From an uncultured Acidimicrobiia bacterium (GTDB lineage Bacteria > Acidobacteriota > Terriglobia > Versatilivoradales > Versatilivoraceae), in the NCBI GenBank assembly GCA_963810905.1, contig CAWEPG010000009.1:42280-106279 (forward strand): 64,000 bases of DNA, given 5' to 3'. Below the pieces are notes generated by a model. That model was not told the DNA's origin. It saw only the letters and a program-made list of their open reading frames with translations, and did no database searches. Positions 52,885 to 64,000 of the stretch are shown in pieces. The position numbers and the translations under genes are program-made. Every line of letters starts with the position of its first letter. The first letter of the stretch is position 1.

Positions 52885-55323
52885 CTATTTGTATAAGAGA
52901 GAGGTTTCAATAATCGAATTCTTCAGATTACGATAATAGAGTCCTTTATCTACTTCGTAGATCTCCAGTTCCGAGCCAGGCGCAACATCGCCCTGGATCA
53001 GAGCTTCGGATAAAGGGTCCTCTACATATCGCTGCAGAGCCCTACGCAATGGACGAGCACCATAAGATCTATCTTGGCAGGTCTTGTCTAGGATCCAGCG
53101 CTTGGCATCGGGTGTGAGGGTAATCTTAACGTTTTTTGAAACCATACTTTCGTTGATTTGAACCACCAGCAGATCGACTATTTTCTCCAGGTCCTCATCA
53201 CTTAACGAATTGAAGACAATGATCTCATCTAAACGATTGATAAATTCTGGGTTGAACGCTTTCTTAACTTCAGCGGTTACCAGCTCCTCCATTTTCTGCT
53301 GCGTGGATTCTTCGCTGGACCCGTGAAACCCTAGCTGATGGCGCTTTTCAAGAAAACGGGCACCGAGGTTGGAAGTCATGATGACGATCGTATTCTTGAA
53401 ATCGATCGTGTTGCCGAGGCCATCAGTCAACTGGCCGTCTTCAAAGACCTGCAGCAAAATATTAAAAACATCGTGGTGAGATTTCTCAATCTCATCCAGC
53501 AGAACAACCGAATAAGGATTTCTTTTAACTCTTTCGGTTAACTGCCCCCCTTCCTCATAACCAACGTATCCCGGGGGAGAACCGATAAATTTTGATACGG
53601 AGTGCTTTTCCATATATTCAGACATGTCAAACCGGATCAGCGCCTTTTCCGTGCCGAATAAAAATTGAGCCAGCATGCGGGCGACCTCAGTTTTGCCAAC
53701 CCCCGTCGGTCCCAAGAAGAGAAAGGATCCAACCGGTCGGTTGGGATTCTTTAATCCTGCACGCGATCGACGAATCGCCCGTGCCAATGCGCTAATCGCT
53801 TTATCCTGGCTGATAATCCGCCGATGCAGATGCTCTTCAATCCGCATCAATTTGAGCATCTCTTCTTCTTTGATCGATGTCACCGGAATGCCCGTCCACT
53901 TGGCGACGACGTTTTCGATATCCTCTTTCGTGACCATGCCAATGGAATTATCTGTCAGGTTAAATTTTTCTTTGACCGACCGAAGTGTCTCTAACGCCAG
54001 CCGCTCCTCATTCTTATAAATTTCAGCCTTTTCAAACTCATGGTTGGAAATGGCCGATTCCATGTGAGAGACAATCACTTTGATTTTTTTCTGAATCTCG
54101 GTCATTTCCTTTGGGAGCCTATCCTGACGAAGTTTCACTCGCGCTCCAGCTTCGTCGATTAAGTCGATGGCCTTGTCGGGTAGAAAACGATCAGGTATGT
54201 AGCGACTGGAATGATGCACGGAGGTCTCAATTGCTTCGGGCGTATACGACACCAGGTGAAACTTCTCGTAGCGCTCTTTCACCCCATTCAGAATACGGAT
54301 GGATTCAGATTCGTTGGGAGGAGGAACCTTGACGGCTTGAAACCGTCGCTCCAAAGAACGATCTTTCTCGATCGACTTGCGATACTCCGCCGGGGTCGTA
54401 GCGCCGATACACTGAACCTCACCGCGGCTCAAAGCGGGTTTCAAGATATTAGCGGCATCGAGGGATCCTTCCGCGGACCCCGCACCCACCAGAGTATGCA
54501 ATTCGTCAATGAAAACAATGGCATTCGGGTTTTCAATGAGTTCCTTCATGATCGTCTTCAAGCGTTCTTCAAACTGCCCACGATACTTAGTCCCAGCCAC
54601 GATCAAGGATAGATCTAAAGCTAGAATTCGCTTGTCGGCTAAATAGCTGGGCACATCGCCATCCACGATCTTTTGGGCCAGGCCTTCTACGATAGCAGTC
54701 TTGCCGACACCTGGTTCTCCAATCAGAACCGGGTTGTTCTTTGTTCTTCGGCACAGGATTTGAATGCAGCGTTCAAGTTCATTTTCTCTCCCAACCAGCG
54801 GGTCCAATGAATTTTCGGCCGCCAATTGAGTGAGATCACGGCTGAATTCAGCCAATAATGGGGTGTCCTTCGATCGAGCGGCCGCCGGTTTTTCCGACTG
54901 CGTTCGCATGAGTTCCTCCCGGACTGTATTTAACCGTAACCCACGTTCATGCAAGATCTCGGCTGCCAGGCTCTTGTCCTCGCGTAAGATTCCAAGCAGA
55001 AGGTGTTCTGTCCCGATATGACGGTGACGCAACCGTTCTGCTTCATCTGCCGAAAAGGCCAGGATTCTCTTGCACTCTGCACTGAGAGGTAAGTCTATGG
55101 AAGTAGATACTTTCTCCCTAATGATCGTTCGCCCTTCGATCTCCTTTTTGATGGATTCAATAGAGGAATGCGAGCGGAGGAACCGGTTGGTCAGGCTTTT
55201 GTCCTCTCGCATCAAGCCCAAAAGCAGATGCTCGGTTTCGATTGAAGGGCTCCCGTACTGGCTTGCCTCGTACCGGGCAAAGAAGATAACTCGACGTGCC
55301 TTTTCAGTATAGCGTTCAAACAT
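52885..55323 (-). CDS. clpC: ATP-dependent Clp protease ATP-binding subunit
   Basis: [11 protein letters not shown]-domain, [16 protein letters not shown] and GARPLRR. Confidence 0.96.
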   Translation of the reverse strand: MFERYTEKARRVIFFARYEASQYGSPSIETEHLLLGLMREDKSLTNRFLRSHSSIESIKKEIEGRTIIREKVSTSIDLPLSAECKRILAFSADEAERLRHRHIGTEHLLLGILREDKSLAAEILHERGLRLNTVREELMRTQSEKPAAARSKDTPLLAEFSRDLTQLAAENSLDPLVGRENELERCIQILCRRTKNNPVLIGEPGVGKTAIVEGLAQKIVDGDVPSYLADKRILALDLSLIVAGTKYRGQFEERLKTIMKELIENPNAIVFIDELHTLVGAGSAEGSLDAANILKPALSRGEVQCIGATTPAEYRKSIEKDRSLERRFQAVKVPPPNESESIRILNGVKERYEKFHLVSYTPEAIETSVHHSSRYIPDRFLPDKAIDLIDEAGARVKLRQDRLPKEMTEIQKKIKVIVSHMESAISNHEFEKAEIYKNEERLALETLRSVKEKFNLTDNSIGMVTKEDIENVVAKWTGIPVTSIKEEEMLKLMRIEEHLHRRIISQDKAISALARAIRRSRAGLKNPNRPVGSFLFLGPTGVGKTEVARMLAQFLFGTEKALIRFDMSEYMEKHSVSKFIGSPPGYVGYEEGGQLTERVKRNPYSVVLLDEIEKSHHDVFNILLQVFEDGQLTDGLGNTIDFKNTIVIMTSNLGARFLEKRHQLGFHGSSEESTQQKMEELVTAEVKKAFNPEFINRLDEIIVFNSLSDEDLEKIVDLLVVQINESMVSKNVKITLTPDAKRWILDKTCQDRSYGARPLRRALQRYVEDPLSEALIQGDVAPGSELEIYEVDKGLYYRNLKNSIIETSLLYK

Positions 55324-56032
55324 TGGTTTGATTAATGACGTGCAAAAAACCGTTTTCTAACCGAAGAACCCTGTTACATCTCAAGGCTATATTAGCATTG
55401 TGTGTTGCCAGGATGGAAGTAAGATTTTTCTCTTGCTGGATTTTACGAAACAGCTCGAATACCTTCAGACCCGTCTGCGTATCGAGACTTCCAGTGGGTT
55501 CATCTGCCAGGATTAGCGCTGGATTATTAACCAAAGACCGGGCAATTGCAACCCGTTGTTGCTCGCCTCCGGATAACTCGCCGGGACGGTGCCCCAACCG
55601 GTCACCCAGGCCTACTAGGGTGAGCAATTCTACTCCCAAAGCTTCGTCTGCCGGTGCACCGGCAATAATCCGTGGCATGAGCACGTTTTCCAGGGCTGTA
55701 AATTCCGGCAGGAGGTTATGAAACTGAAAAATAAACCCAATAGAATGTCGTCGAAACGCGGCAAGGGCCTCAGAGTTCAGGCAATAAATGTCGGTTTCTC
55801 CAAAATGAACTGATCCTTCGCTGGGACGATCCAAAGCACCGAGAATGTGTAACAGAGTACTCTTTCCAGAGCCAGATTCTCCCACAATTGCGATCATCTC
55901 CCCTTGATGAGCCGTCAGATCAATTCCTCTCAGAATTTCCAATGGCTCTCCCGTGTTCCGGAAAGTCTTCCTTATATCCTTGGCGCTCACAACATCGGCC
56001 ATCCGAGAGAGATGATTGTGCTCTTCTGACAT
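55316..56032 (-). CDS. lolD: Lipoprotein-releasing ABC transporter ATPase
   Basis: GESGSGKS, GFIFQFHNLL, LSGGEQQ and DEPTGSLD. Confidence 0.9.
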   Translation of the reverse strand: MSEEHNHLSRMADVVSAKDIRKTFRNTGEPLEILRGIDLTAHQGEMIAIVGESGSGKSTLLHILGALDRPSEGSVHFGETDIYCLNSEALAAFRRHSIGFIFQFHNLLPEFTALENVLMPRIIAGAPADEALGVELLTLVGLGDRLGHRPGELSGGEQQRVAIARSLVNNPALILADEPTGSLDTQTGLKVFELFRKIQQEKNLTSILATHNANIALRCNRVLRLENGFLHVINQTNV

Positions 56033-56034
56033 GC

Positions 56035-57270
56035 CTATTCATACCTCAAGGCTTCGACCGGATCGAGGGTCGCTGCTTTCTTGGAAGGATAAATCGTGGC
56101 CAAAAGGCTAATCACAATGGCAGCCATTGCCACCCAAACCCCATCCCAAGGGTTTATCTTGAAAGGGACATGCGAAATTGAGTAGACATCGGTCTCCAAT
56201 CTTATTAACTCGTACTTATCGCAAACCCAACAGGTTAAGTTTCCCAGAATCGATCCCAGCACTGATCCCACGAGGCCGATAACCAAGCCTTGAAAAACAA
56301 AGATCTTACGAATTTGATTTTGCGTTGCCCCCATTGACATCAAGACCGCGATATCCCGGCTCTTTTCCATGACCATCATGATCAACACTGTAATGATATT
56401 TAAAGCAGCCACGAACACAATCAGCCCGATCGTGATAATCATGACCATTTTTTCCATCTTGAGGGCATGAAAAATCGATTGGTATTGCTCAATCCAGTCT
56501 TTGGTCACGAAATCTGAACCGACCACCTTCAGAATTTTCTCGGAGATGCTCTTTACCTGATAAATATCGGATACTTTGCATTCAATCAGAGAGACAAGTT
56601 CTCCCGTCCCGAATAGTCGTTGAGCTGAAGCCAAAGAGGTAAACCCCCAGGAGGAGTCGAAGTCAGATAATCCCGAGGAAAAGATTGCGACGACCTTCAG
56701 GCGCTTTCTTACCGGAAGGGTTCCAATGGGTGACAACTCCCCTTCATCACTAATGACGGACACGTAATCGCCGACAGAAGTACCTATTTTCTTTGCCAGT
56801 TCATCCCCTAAAGCAATGCGATCTTTGACGGGATCATCTTTCTCGGCCACCAGGTCTTTGAGTTTTCCTGATTTAATTTCAAAAAAGGGATCTTGAAAAA
56901 AAGCAGGATCATTGACTGCAATTCCCTTTAGGTAGACCGGCTGCTGGCGCCCCGCAATGATGAGAACCACTTGGTAGATGGCTGGCAAGGCTGACTGTAC
57001 GCCAGGGACACTCTTGATCTTTTCGGCAAGGGCAGGGTAACTCGAGATCCCGTACCGGATCTCTTTCGGCAGCACATTAATGTGGGAGGTTCCCCGCAAA
57101 AGTTTGTTTTGCAGATCTTCGCGAAACCCGGCACTGATTGAGAGAGCCACGATTAACGCCATGACCCCGGATGTTACTCCCAAGATGGAGATCACGGTGA
57201 TCACAGAAATGACAGTCTGTTTTCGTTTGGCTTTGAGGTAGCGAAGCGCAACGAACAGCTCGAACTTCAT
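56035..57270 (-). CDS. Lipoprotein-releasing ABC transporter permease (LolC/E family)
   Basis: FELFVALRYL, EKSRDIAVLMSMGA and DPVEALRYE; adjacent to lolD. Confidence 0.92.
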   Translation of the reverse strand: MKFELFVALRYLKAKRKQTVISVITVISILGVTSGVMALIVALSISAGFREDLQNKLLRGTSHINVLPKEIRYGISSYPALAEKIKSVPGVQSALPAIYQVVLIIAGRQQPVYLKGIAVNDPAFFQDPFFEIKSGKLKDLVAEKDDPVKDRIALGDELAKKIGTSVGDYVSVISDEGELSPIGTLPVRKRLKVVAIFSSGLSDFDSSWGFTSLASAQRLFGTGELVSLIECKVSDIYQVKSISEKILKVVGSDFVTKDWIEQYQSIFHALKMEKMVMIITIGLIVFVAALNIITVLIMMVMEKSRDIAVLMSMGATQNQIRKIFVFQGLVIGLVGSVLGSILGNLTCWVCDKYELIRLETDVYSISHVPFKINPWDGVWVAMAAIVISLLATIYPSKKAATLDPVEALRYE

Positions 57271-57274
57271 GGAG

Positions 57275-58825
57275 TTACTCTCGTTTTTCAGGACGCAAGT
57301 GAGGAAAGAGAATGACATCGCGTATGGAGCGGGAATTTGTGAAGAGCATTGTGAGCCGGTCGATACCGATCCCTTCACCAGCTGTAGGAGGCATCCCATA
57401 GCGAAGCGCCCGGACGTAATCTTCGTCCATCTGGTGGGCTTCCTCGTCGCCTTTCTCCCGTTCGGAAACTTGGGCTTCAAAACGACGCTCCTGCTCTTCC
57501 GGATCATTCAATTCACTGTAGGCATTTGCGATTTCCATCCCGCCCATGTACAGTTCAAATCGCTCCACCATTGAAGGATCATCCGCTTTAGTCTTACTGA
57601 GCGGGGAGAGCTCGATTGGATAGTCATAGATGATTGTGGGTTGAATCAAATGTCTCTCCACTACCGCTTCAAATAATGCGCCCAGTAACACCCCTTTCGA
57701 GAGACCTTCGTTTGCAGGAATAGTCTCTAGTGAACGGCTCGCCGCATATTCATTCCATTGCCGCGCCCGATTCAACAGAGAACCTGAAACTTCTAACTCT
57801 TCAGGATTCAGGGGAGGGAGGTCAGGAGAAGGCCAGAAGTGAAGAATGGCTTCCTTTAGCGAGTATCGTTGCCAATGGAAAAGCGAGATGTGCTGACCGT
57901 CAAACTCAAATTCTTCTTTTCCCAGCACATTCCGGGCTAATTGCTTCAAAAGCTCTTCCGTCAGATCCATCAGATCCCGATAGTCGCTATAGGACTGATA
58001 GAATTCGAGCATCGTGAACTCAGGATTATGCTGGGTCGAAATCCCTTCATTTCGAAAATTACGGTTAATTTCATAAACCCGCTCCAGCTGGCCTACAATG
58101 AGTCGCTTCAAATAGAGTTCCGGAGCAATTCGCAGGAAGAGATCCAAGTCCAGTGCATTGTGATGGGTCTTGAAGGGACGAGCTGTTGCGCCACCAGCCA
58201 GGGGTTGCATCATAGGGGTTTCCACCTCAACGTAACCGCGTGCATCCAAGAAGCTCCGGATTTGTTTGATTACTTTACTGCGAATGATAAAAACCTCTCT
58301 GGAATCTCTATTGGAAATCAAGTCGAGATACCGCTGCCGATAGCGAATTTCTACATCCGAAAGCCCGTGCCATTTCTCAGGCAACGGCAAAAGAGACTTA
58401 GCAAGGAAGGTAAGTTTCTGGACATGAATGGTAAGCTCATTGGTTTTGGTCCGGAACAAATACCCTTCTACCCCAATGAAATCGCCTATGTCCAATAGCT
58501 TGTAAAGGGAGAAGTCCTGCTCTCCCAGATCATCTTTCCGAATGTAGACCTGGAGGGGCACATTTCCATTGGAGATATTGAGGAATCCGGCTTTTCCTTG
58601 CCCACGCATTGCCACGACTCGCCCACAGACTTGCACGATGATTTTCTCGGCCTCGAGTGATTCCTTGGAAGAGTCTTGATACAGGGCCAAGAGCTGGTCA
58701 ATGGTGTGCGAGTAGTTGTAGCGATGGGGGTATGCGGGAAAACCGAGCTGTTGAATAGCTTCGAGTTTTGAATAGCGCTGGGCAACAAGTTCGGGTTTGT
58801 TTTGGGTGTCGGACAAGGGCCTCAT
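57275..58825 (-). CDS. lysS: Lysine--tRNA ligase (class II)
   Basis: [25 protein letters not shown] and GEGIGIDR. Confidence 0.98.
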   Translation of the reverse strand: MRPLSDTQNKPELVAQRYSKLEAIQQLGFPAYPHRYNYSHTIDQLLALYQDSSKESLEAEKIIVQVCGRVVAMRGQGKAGFLNISNGNVPLQVYIRKDDLGEQDFSLYKLLDIGDFIGVEGYLFRTKTNELTIHVQKLTFLAKSLLPLPEKWHGLSDVEIRYRQRYLDLISNRDSREVFIIRSKVIKQIRSFLDARGYVEVETPMMQPLAGGATARPFKTHHNALDLDLFLRIAPELYLKRLIVGQLERVYEINRNFRNEGISTQHNPEFTMLEFYQSYSDYRDLMDLTEELLKQLARNVLGKEEFEFDGQHISLFHWQRYSLKEAILHFWPSPDLPPLNPEELEVSGSLLNRARQWNEYAASRSLETIPANEGLSKGVLLGALFEAVVERHLIQPTIIYDYPIELSPLSKTKADDPSMVERFELYMGGMEIANAYSELNDPEEQERRFEAQVSEREKGDEEAHQMDEDYVRALRYGMPPTAGEGIGIDRLTMLFTNSRSIRDVILFPHLRPEKRE

Positions 58826-58841
58826 TTCTCCTTCAATGAAA

Positions 58842-59306
58842 TCAAGACCGGTTTGGCTCGAGTGGGGTTTCGACCGGCTCTTTCGCGGATTGGTCCTGTC
58901 CTTCCCGCTCTTTTCGAATGCTATCCAAAATCCCGTTGATGAAAAGAATCGACTCGTGAGTGCTGAACTTCCGAGCCACTTCCAAGGCCTCGTTGATCAC
59001 CACCGCGCAGGGCGTTCCAGTTTCATGGAGCAGCTCAAAGGTGGCCATTCTTAAAATATTCCGGTCAACGGTCGGCATCCGTGGCAGCCGCCAGTGTTCC
59101 GCATGACGCGCTAGTAGCTCATCGATCCTCTCGACGTTTTCAATGGTTCCTTCAACCAGTTGATCCGAAAAACTTCGGACGTCGTCATCCGCCTCCTGAT
59201 GAAGAGTCCAGAAAGAGTCTCGGACCTCCCCGTAAGCTTCTTTGGAGAAATCCCATTGAAAAAGCATCTGAAGAGCCAATTCCCGGCTCTTGCGTCGACC
59301 CGCCAT
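58842..59306 (-). CDS. nusB: Transcription antitermination factor
   Basis: [21 protein letters not shown] and FINGILD. Confidence 0.96.
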   Translation of the reverse strand: MAGRRKSRELALQMLFQWDFSKEAYGEVRDSFWTLHQEADDDVRSFSDQLVEGTIENVERIDELLARHAEHWRLPRMPTVDRNILRMATFELLHETGTPCAVVINEALEVARKFSTHESILFINGILDSIRKEREGQDQSAKEPVETPLEPNRS

Positions 59307-59317
59307 CGCTTGATTCC

Positions 59318-59785
59318 TTACAGCTGTTTGAGAAGATTCGCCATTTCGACGGCGCTCATAGCAGCCTCAAATCCTTTGTTCCCGGATTTCAGCCCTGCCC
59401 TGTCAATGGCCTGTTCAACCGAATCCGCAGTTAGAACACCGTAAGCGACCGGTATTTTGTCTTCTAAAGAAACTGAAGCAATTCCTTTAGTGACTTCACT
59501 GCTGATGTATTCAAAATGAGGAGTATCCCCGCGGATTAAGGTTCCCAAGCAGATTATTGCGTCGTGTTTCTTCGATTCCGCCAGTCTTTTTGCAGCCAGG
59601 GGGATCTCAAATGATCCCGGAACGCGAACAACCATGATGTCGGATTCTGCAGTTCCGGATCTTTCTAGAGCGTCCAATGCCCCCGCCAACAAGCGACTGG
59701 TTATAAACTCATTGACGCGGCTGGCAACGATCGCAAACCGCAAGCCACTGGAAGTTAAATTTCCTTGGACTATTTTAGGCGCCAT
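59318..59785 (-). CDS. ribH: 6,7-dimethyl-8-ribityllumazine synthase
   Basis: [16 protein letters not shown] and GNKG. Confidence 0.97.
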   Translation of the reverse strand: MAPKIVQGNLTSSGLRFAIVASRVNEFITSRLLAGALDALERSGTAESDIMVVRVPGSFEIPLAAKRLAESKKHDAIICLGTLIRGDTPHFEYISSEVTKGIASVSLEDKIPVAYGVLTADSVEQAIDRAGLKSGNKGFEAAMSAVEMANLLKQL

Positions 59786-60101
59786 AAAACCACCTCCGCT
59801 GAGTGCAGGGCCCAGCAATGTCTTGAGCCCCTAAATCGCCGAAAAGGCCGATGTAAAGCCAAACCAGGATGATATCAGGTTTTGGAGGTGAGTCTAGTGG
59901 AAATTACTCTGCTAAGATCAACAAGGCAAATTGCTTAAGGACGGAACGGCCGGCATTGCAGAGCTTGGTATGCCGAGAAAAGACCTAAAGCGAGAGGGCC
60001 AGAGATTGATAAAGTTTTCTGACGGATTGGAAATGCATGCAAAGTCCCGGCCAAAGGATTTGAGAGTTGTTACCCTGTTATGCCTAGCTTAAGATAACTC
60101 C

Positions 60102-61019
60102 ATGTTCAGGCAACGACTCAATTGGAAACTTAAGCGTATTCTCCGGGAACTCGAAGAACACCTGGATACATTTCAGAATCTCTGGCGGGGGACTCAAGTG
60201 AAGAACCGGATGTGTCCTTCTTGCCGGGCACTTGTGAATTCTGATGAGAGTGTCTGCCCGCACTGCCACGAAAGGTTAGGACGGCGCCTTGGAGGCGTCG
60301 AAAAGCTCCTGCAGAATCTGATTCCGAACTTCGCTCCCGTTTCTTATATTGTGCTGACAATCAATTTTCTTTGGTTTGTAATCATCTTCGCCTCACAGCG
60401 TGAAGCCACAGGCCAGGATTTGAGAATGTTTCTCATGGGCGGAAGCGTAAAAGGCATCGTTCAGTGGGGGGGAGACGCTGCGCTGCTTGTTTCACAAGGC
60501 CAGTGGTGGCGTTTGGTTTCGGCCATTTTCGTTCATATCGGAGTCATCCATCTGTTGTTTAACTCCTATGCGCTTATTTTCATCGGACCGTTGTTAGAAG
60601 AGTTGCTCGGACGAGAACGATTTCTCGTCATCTATGTTGGGACTGGAGTTCTTGGTTTTGTCGTGAGCAATACCTACTACAATCCGGTCCATGTCACGGC
60701 AGGGGCATCTGGAGCCATTTTCGGGCTTATTGGCGCTGGAATCATTCTTTCGAGAAAGTGGGCAGCTTGGGGAAGCCTATTAAAAGAACAACTGGTTCAT
60801 TGGGCTATCTATGGTATGGGCTATGGGTTGTTAGTCGGAGCCAATAATGCCGCCCATATTGGCGGATTCCTCTCGGGCATGGGACTTGCCTTCCTTCTTC
60901 GCAATCCGGCATTGAGTACTTCTCGAGAAGAAATCTCGTGGAGGATCCTCTATTGGGTGGTTCTATTACTGACGATAACATCCCTCGTTTTGGCCTGCCT
61001 CTCGGGAATCACGGCTTAA
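60102..61019 (+). CDS. Rhomboid intramembrane serine protease with an N-terminal zinc ribbon
   Basis: WWRL, HLLFN, GASG and AHIGG; CPSC...CPHC. Confidence 0.92.
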   Translation: MFRQRLNWKLKRILRELEEHLDTFQNLWRGTQVKNRMCPSCRALVNSDESVCPHCHERLGRRLGGVEKLLQNLIPNFAPVSYIVLTINFLWFVIIFASQREATGQDLRMFLMGGSVKGIVQWGGDAALLVSQGQWWRLVSAIFVHIGVIHLLFNSYALIFIGPLLEELLGRERFLVIYVGTGVLGFVVSNTYYNPVHVTAGASGAIFGLIGAGIILSRKWAAWGSLLKEQLVHWAIYGMGYGLLVGANNAAHIGGFLSGMGLAFLLRNPALSTSREEISWRILYWVVLLLTITSLVLACLSGITA

Positions 61020-61075
61020 AATTCAGCTTGAGGCATAAGATTGGGTTGGTGAAGCGGATCATAACCGCGAAAGGT

Positions 61076-62092
61076 CTATTGAGTCACCAGGACTCCGGCT
61101 CCGTGTATCTGTCCGGATCGTAATGCGGAAAGGGCTTCGTTGGCTTCCTTTAGGGGGAAGACAGATACCATGCTTGTTACAGGAATCTGAGGGGCAAGGG
61201 CTAGAAACTCCTGCCCGTCTCGACGCGTCAGGTTTGCCACTGAGCGGATGACTCGCTCCCCCCAAAGGATGGAATAAGGGAAGGACGGGATGTCACTCAT
61301 ATGGATACCTGCGCATACGACGGTTCCACCCTTAATGACCGACTGCAAGGCGAGCGGAACCAGTTCTCCAATAGGAGCAAAGATAATGGCGGCATCCAAG
61401 GGGCTGGGACAGAGATGCGACGAATCTCCCGCCCAGGCCGCCCCCAATTTTAGAGCGAAGGATTGGCCCACGACATCGCCAGGGCGTGTGAAAGCGTAAA
61501 CCTCGCGTCCCTGATAATTTGCCACTTGAATCAAAATGTGAGCAGCGGCGCCAAATCCATAAAAACCCAGGCGCCTGGCCTCGCCCGTGAGCGTTAGTGA
61601 ACGGTAACCGATCAGACCGGCGCATAAGAGTGGAGCGGCCTGCAAATCGGGGTAACCTGTGGGAATGAGAAAACAAAAACGTTCATCAGCAACGGAGTAT
61701 TCAGCATATCCTCCATCGAGCTGATAACCGGTGAATCGAGCTTGATCACAAAGATTCTCTCTCCCGCCGATGCAGAAGGCGCAGTGACCGCAAGTCCACC
61801 CCAGCCAAGGGACTCCAACACGGTCCCCGAGTTTGATCGTACTCACCTCCGCTCCCAAGGCTACTACTGTCCCTACAATCTGGTGGCCTGGAATCAAGGG
61901 TAATTTCGGCTGTGTCAGTTCTCCATCCACGACATGGAGATCGGTTCTGCAGACCCCGCAAGCTTGAATGCGCAGCAGGACTTGCTTCGGCTCTGGCTTT
62001 GGTATTGGGACTTCCTTCGCAACTAATCCCTGACGAGATTGCTCCAGAACCATTGCCAGCATCGTAGAGGGGGCATTCCGACCCATAGACAT
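61076..62092 (-). CDS. Zinc-dependent alcohol dehydrogenase family protein
   Basis: GVCRTDLH, GHQ, CGHCAFC...ENLC and LCAG. Confidence 0.93.
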   Translation of the reverse strand: MSMGRNAPSTMLAMVLEQSRQGLVAKEVPIPKPEPKQVLLRIQACGVCRTDLHVVDGELTQPKLPLIPGHQIVGTVVALGAEVSTIKLGDRVGVPWLGWTCGHCAFCIGGRENLCDQARFTGYQLDGGYAEYSVADERFCFLIPTGYPDLQAAPLLCAGLIGYRSLTLTGEARRLGFYGFGAAAHILIQVANYQGREVYAFTRPGDVVGQSFALKLGAAWAGDSSHLCPSPLDAAIIFAPIGELVPLALQSVIKGGTVVCAGIHMSDIPSFPYSILWGERVIRSVANLTRRDGQEFLALAPQIPVTSMVSVFPLKEANEALSALRSGQIHGAGVLVTQ

Positions 62093-62279
62093 GGATTTAA
62101 AGAGTTCTTTGATTTGTCACGCAGTTCGGCAAGAAGGCTTAGCTTTGTTGCCTCAGGAATTAATGCGGACGCATTCAATGTAGTTTGCCGTCATTTTTCA
62201 CTCCCCAGTAGTCCCACTTTGACAAAGGGGGACTTGAGGGGGGCAGTGCTGGATTTGTGCCATGATTTATTGCGCTTCA

Positions 62280-62909
62280 TTAATTCTCACAACCGCACTT
62301 TGCACCCCGAATCGCCGCAACGCCTTCCTTAACAATCAACGGAACCATCAATAATCCTGCCACTGGATCAGCCCACCACCATCCCATCAGCGCGTTTGAT
62401 GATAAGCCAACGAGCAAGATAAGCGACAAATAGGCGCAGAGATCGGACTGACGAGAATCGGCATGGAGGGCACGACTGTCTATCTTCACCGCCACACGTC
62501 GCTTGGCTCTCGCCAATACGGGCATCACGACAAGTGATGCCATTGCAAGGCAAATCCCAACCAAACTAGCCTCAGGGGGTTCACGATTGAACAGAGCTTT
62601 TCCCGATCCCATTCCGACATAAATGGCTAACACGAGAAAACTGATTCCCACGAAGCGAAGCGCCTGCTTCTCGCGCCGATCATTTTCAGGATGCTCGCGG
62701 AGCCGCCAAATGAGAGCGATTCCAGAGAGACTTTCAATTAAGGAATCAACCCCGAATCCAATGAGGGAAATACTTCCAGCGGCTAGACCACTAGACGCAG
62801 CAACACATGCCTCGAACACATTCCACCCGATGGTCACATATTCCAATTGCCTTCCATGTTTCACAAAACCAGAATGTGAAACGATGGTGCGTGAAACAGC
62901 TCGAGTCAT
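62280..62909 (-). CDS. Cation-diffusion-facilitator-like cation transporter (TM domain only)
   Basis: Six TM segments; GFGVDSLIE, ALHADS and WWWADPVA. Confidence 0.82.
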   Translation of the reverse strand: MTRAVSRTIVSHSGFVKHGRQLEYVTIGWNVFEACVAASSGLAAGSISLIGFGVDSLIESLSGIALIWRLREHPENDRREKQALRFVGISFLVLAIYVGMGSGKALFNREPPEASLVGICLAMASLVVMPVLARAKRRVAVKIDSRALHADSRQSDLCAYLSLILLVGLSSNALMGWWWADPVAGLLMVPLIVKEGVAAIRGAKCGCEN

Positions 62910-63044
62910 CTTGTGATTATACTCCTGTAGCGTGTCCTCCAAGATCCAGTTAAATAATATGGATGTTTCAGATTGGCAAGGTCTCCTCAGGCGCATTCAT
63001 TACGAATAGCTTTGAAACGCTGGCGTCTTTACCCCAAGAAAATG

Positions 63045-63080
63045 AAAGGCCGCTCCTCTGTCCCCAGAAAAGCGGCCTTT
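63045..63080 (-). terminator. Rho-independent terminator
   Basis: AAAGGCCGCT / AGCGGCCTTT stem downstream of the outer-membrane-protein gene. Confidence 0.7.
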
Positions 63081-63118
63081 GTTCATGCTTAAAATACTGA
63101 ATTACTTTCTACTTCGAA

Positions 63119-63775
63119 CTACTTGCCTCCCAAGTAGAAAACAACTCCTGCCACGTAGCGGAAGTTGTTCTGGTTATTTGTCAAGGTGAAAGGATTGGTG
63201 TAGCGGGTCAATATATAATCGAGTTCAATTGGTCGGATCGCAATGTTCTTGGAGACTTTCACATCAAGTCCGCCGCCGAACGCCATCGTGAAGGGGTGCT
63301 GAGTTCCAGTTGCAATGTTCGCCCCAACCCCATTCAGAGCACTGGCCACGTTCGCGTAAGCATTGCTGTTCGAACCCCCGAAGAGTAACTCGCCAAAGAT
63401 ATTCGCTTTTGGCATGCGGTAGGAGACTTGTGGTCCAAATAGGTAGGTGAACATATTGGCCTGAGTTGTAATCGGAGCCGTTGTGATATTGATAGCAGGC
63501 GGCACGGCCCCGGGGATTGTAGTCCCTGCCGGAATGGTGTAATTGGTGCTGCCATAGCCCATCAGCTCGGCCTTGATTCCGATATAATTGTTGAGGTTAA
63601 AAGTGACTCCTCCTCCTCCGCCGCTGAAGCTGCGGTTCTGGACACCAGGGAGCGTTGGATTGAAGCGCAAATAAGAATACTCGCCAAAAATTTCTGCCTT
63701 GGGTGCGTCATCCGCAAAAGCTGGAACCGCATAAGTACATAAAAGGGCAGCAAGAATGATCAATTTACTCTTCAT
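63119..63775 (-). CDS. Small outer membrane beta-barrel protein
   Basis: Signal peptide (AFA), amphipathic strands, YLFGP, GGGLD and a C-terminal aromatic strand. Confidence 0.85.
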   Translation of the reverse strand: MKSKLIILAALLCTYAVPAFADDAPKAEIFGEYSYLRFNPTLPGVQNRSFSGGGGGVTFNLNNYIGIKAELMGYGSTNYTIPAGTTIPGAVPPAINITTAPITTQANMFTYLFGPQVSYRMPKANIFGELLFGGSNSNAYANVASALNGVGANIATGTQHPFTMAFGGGLDVKVSKNIAIRPIELDYILTRYTNPFTLTNNQNNFRYVAGVVFYLGGK

Positions 63776-64000
63776 TTAAAAGTATCCTCCTTAAGGATTA
63801 GGTACATTGACATTCACTTACAATTTGTTCGCCCGGTTGAAACTCAAAAGGTGTTAAGGCAGTTACTCAATACGCTCAAGTTCACCTCCTTCTCTCTGTT
63901 CAAATTCTCAAACACAGCCGTAAGTCGTTAGAAAATTAAAGCTTACGGAAATGTTCGACACCTTTTTTATTCCTCCCAGCAGCTTTGGCGAACGGCACAG

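Noticed and set aside
59790-60100. FMN riboswitch upstream of ribH
   Set aside because: The conserved RFN motifs are not visible on the minus strand.
62195-62245. CCCC...AAAGGGGGA hairpin as a second repeat family (similar tracts near 26150-26225 and 44155-44230)
   Set aside because: Too degenerate to align confidently from this window alone.

Overview
Window from a Gram-negative (diderm) bacterium. Gene content and protein styles suggest Acidobacteriota (inference). Three blocks. (1) 1-8.7 kb: the visibly GC-richer 3' part of a hybrid type I PKS-NRPS cluster (KR-ACP, then KS-AT-ACP-ACP-C-A-PCP), cut off exactly at the end of a degenerate IS3-family element (8689-9974). (2) 10-32 kb: an accessory cell-surface island with a PEP-CTERM protein, an exosortase/EpsI fusion, a three-gene RiPP-like operon (PqqD/RRE, small peptide, HprK-like kinase), an Sfp-type PPTase, IPT/TIG and FN3 secreted proteins, and nucleotide-sugar enzymes. 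Five transcription units here carry correctly spaced sigma54 (-24/-12) motifs. (3) 32-64 kb: mostly core genes, including a peptidoglycan-recycling operon interspersed with REP-like repeats, a DedA-rhodanese fusion with a probable selenocysteine codon and SECIS-like hairpin, and the ribH-nusB-lysS-lolCD-clpC-bamA-skp-fabZ-lpxA-lpxI run. Best candidates for undescribed biology: the sigma54-driven RRE/peptide/kinase cassette beside the exosortase; a roughly 215-aa C-terminal module shared by three secreted proteins, one of them encoded between bamA and skp; and the Sec-containing DedA-rhodanese. About seven single-base frameshifts look like sequencing errors. All calls come from reading the sequence; no searches were run.
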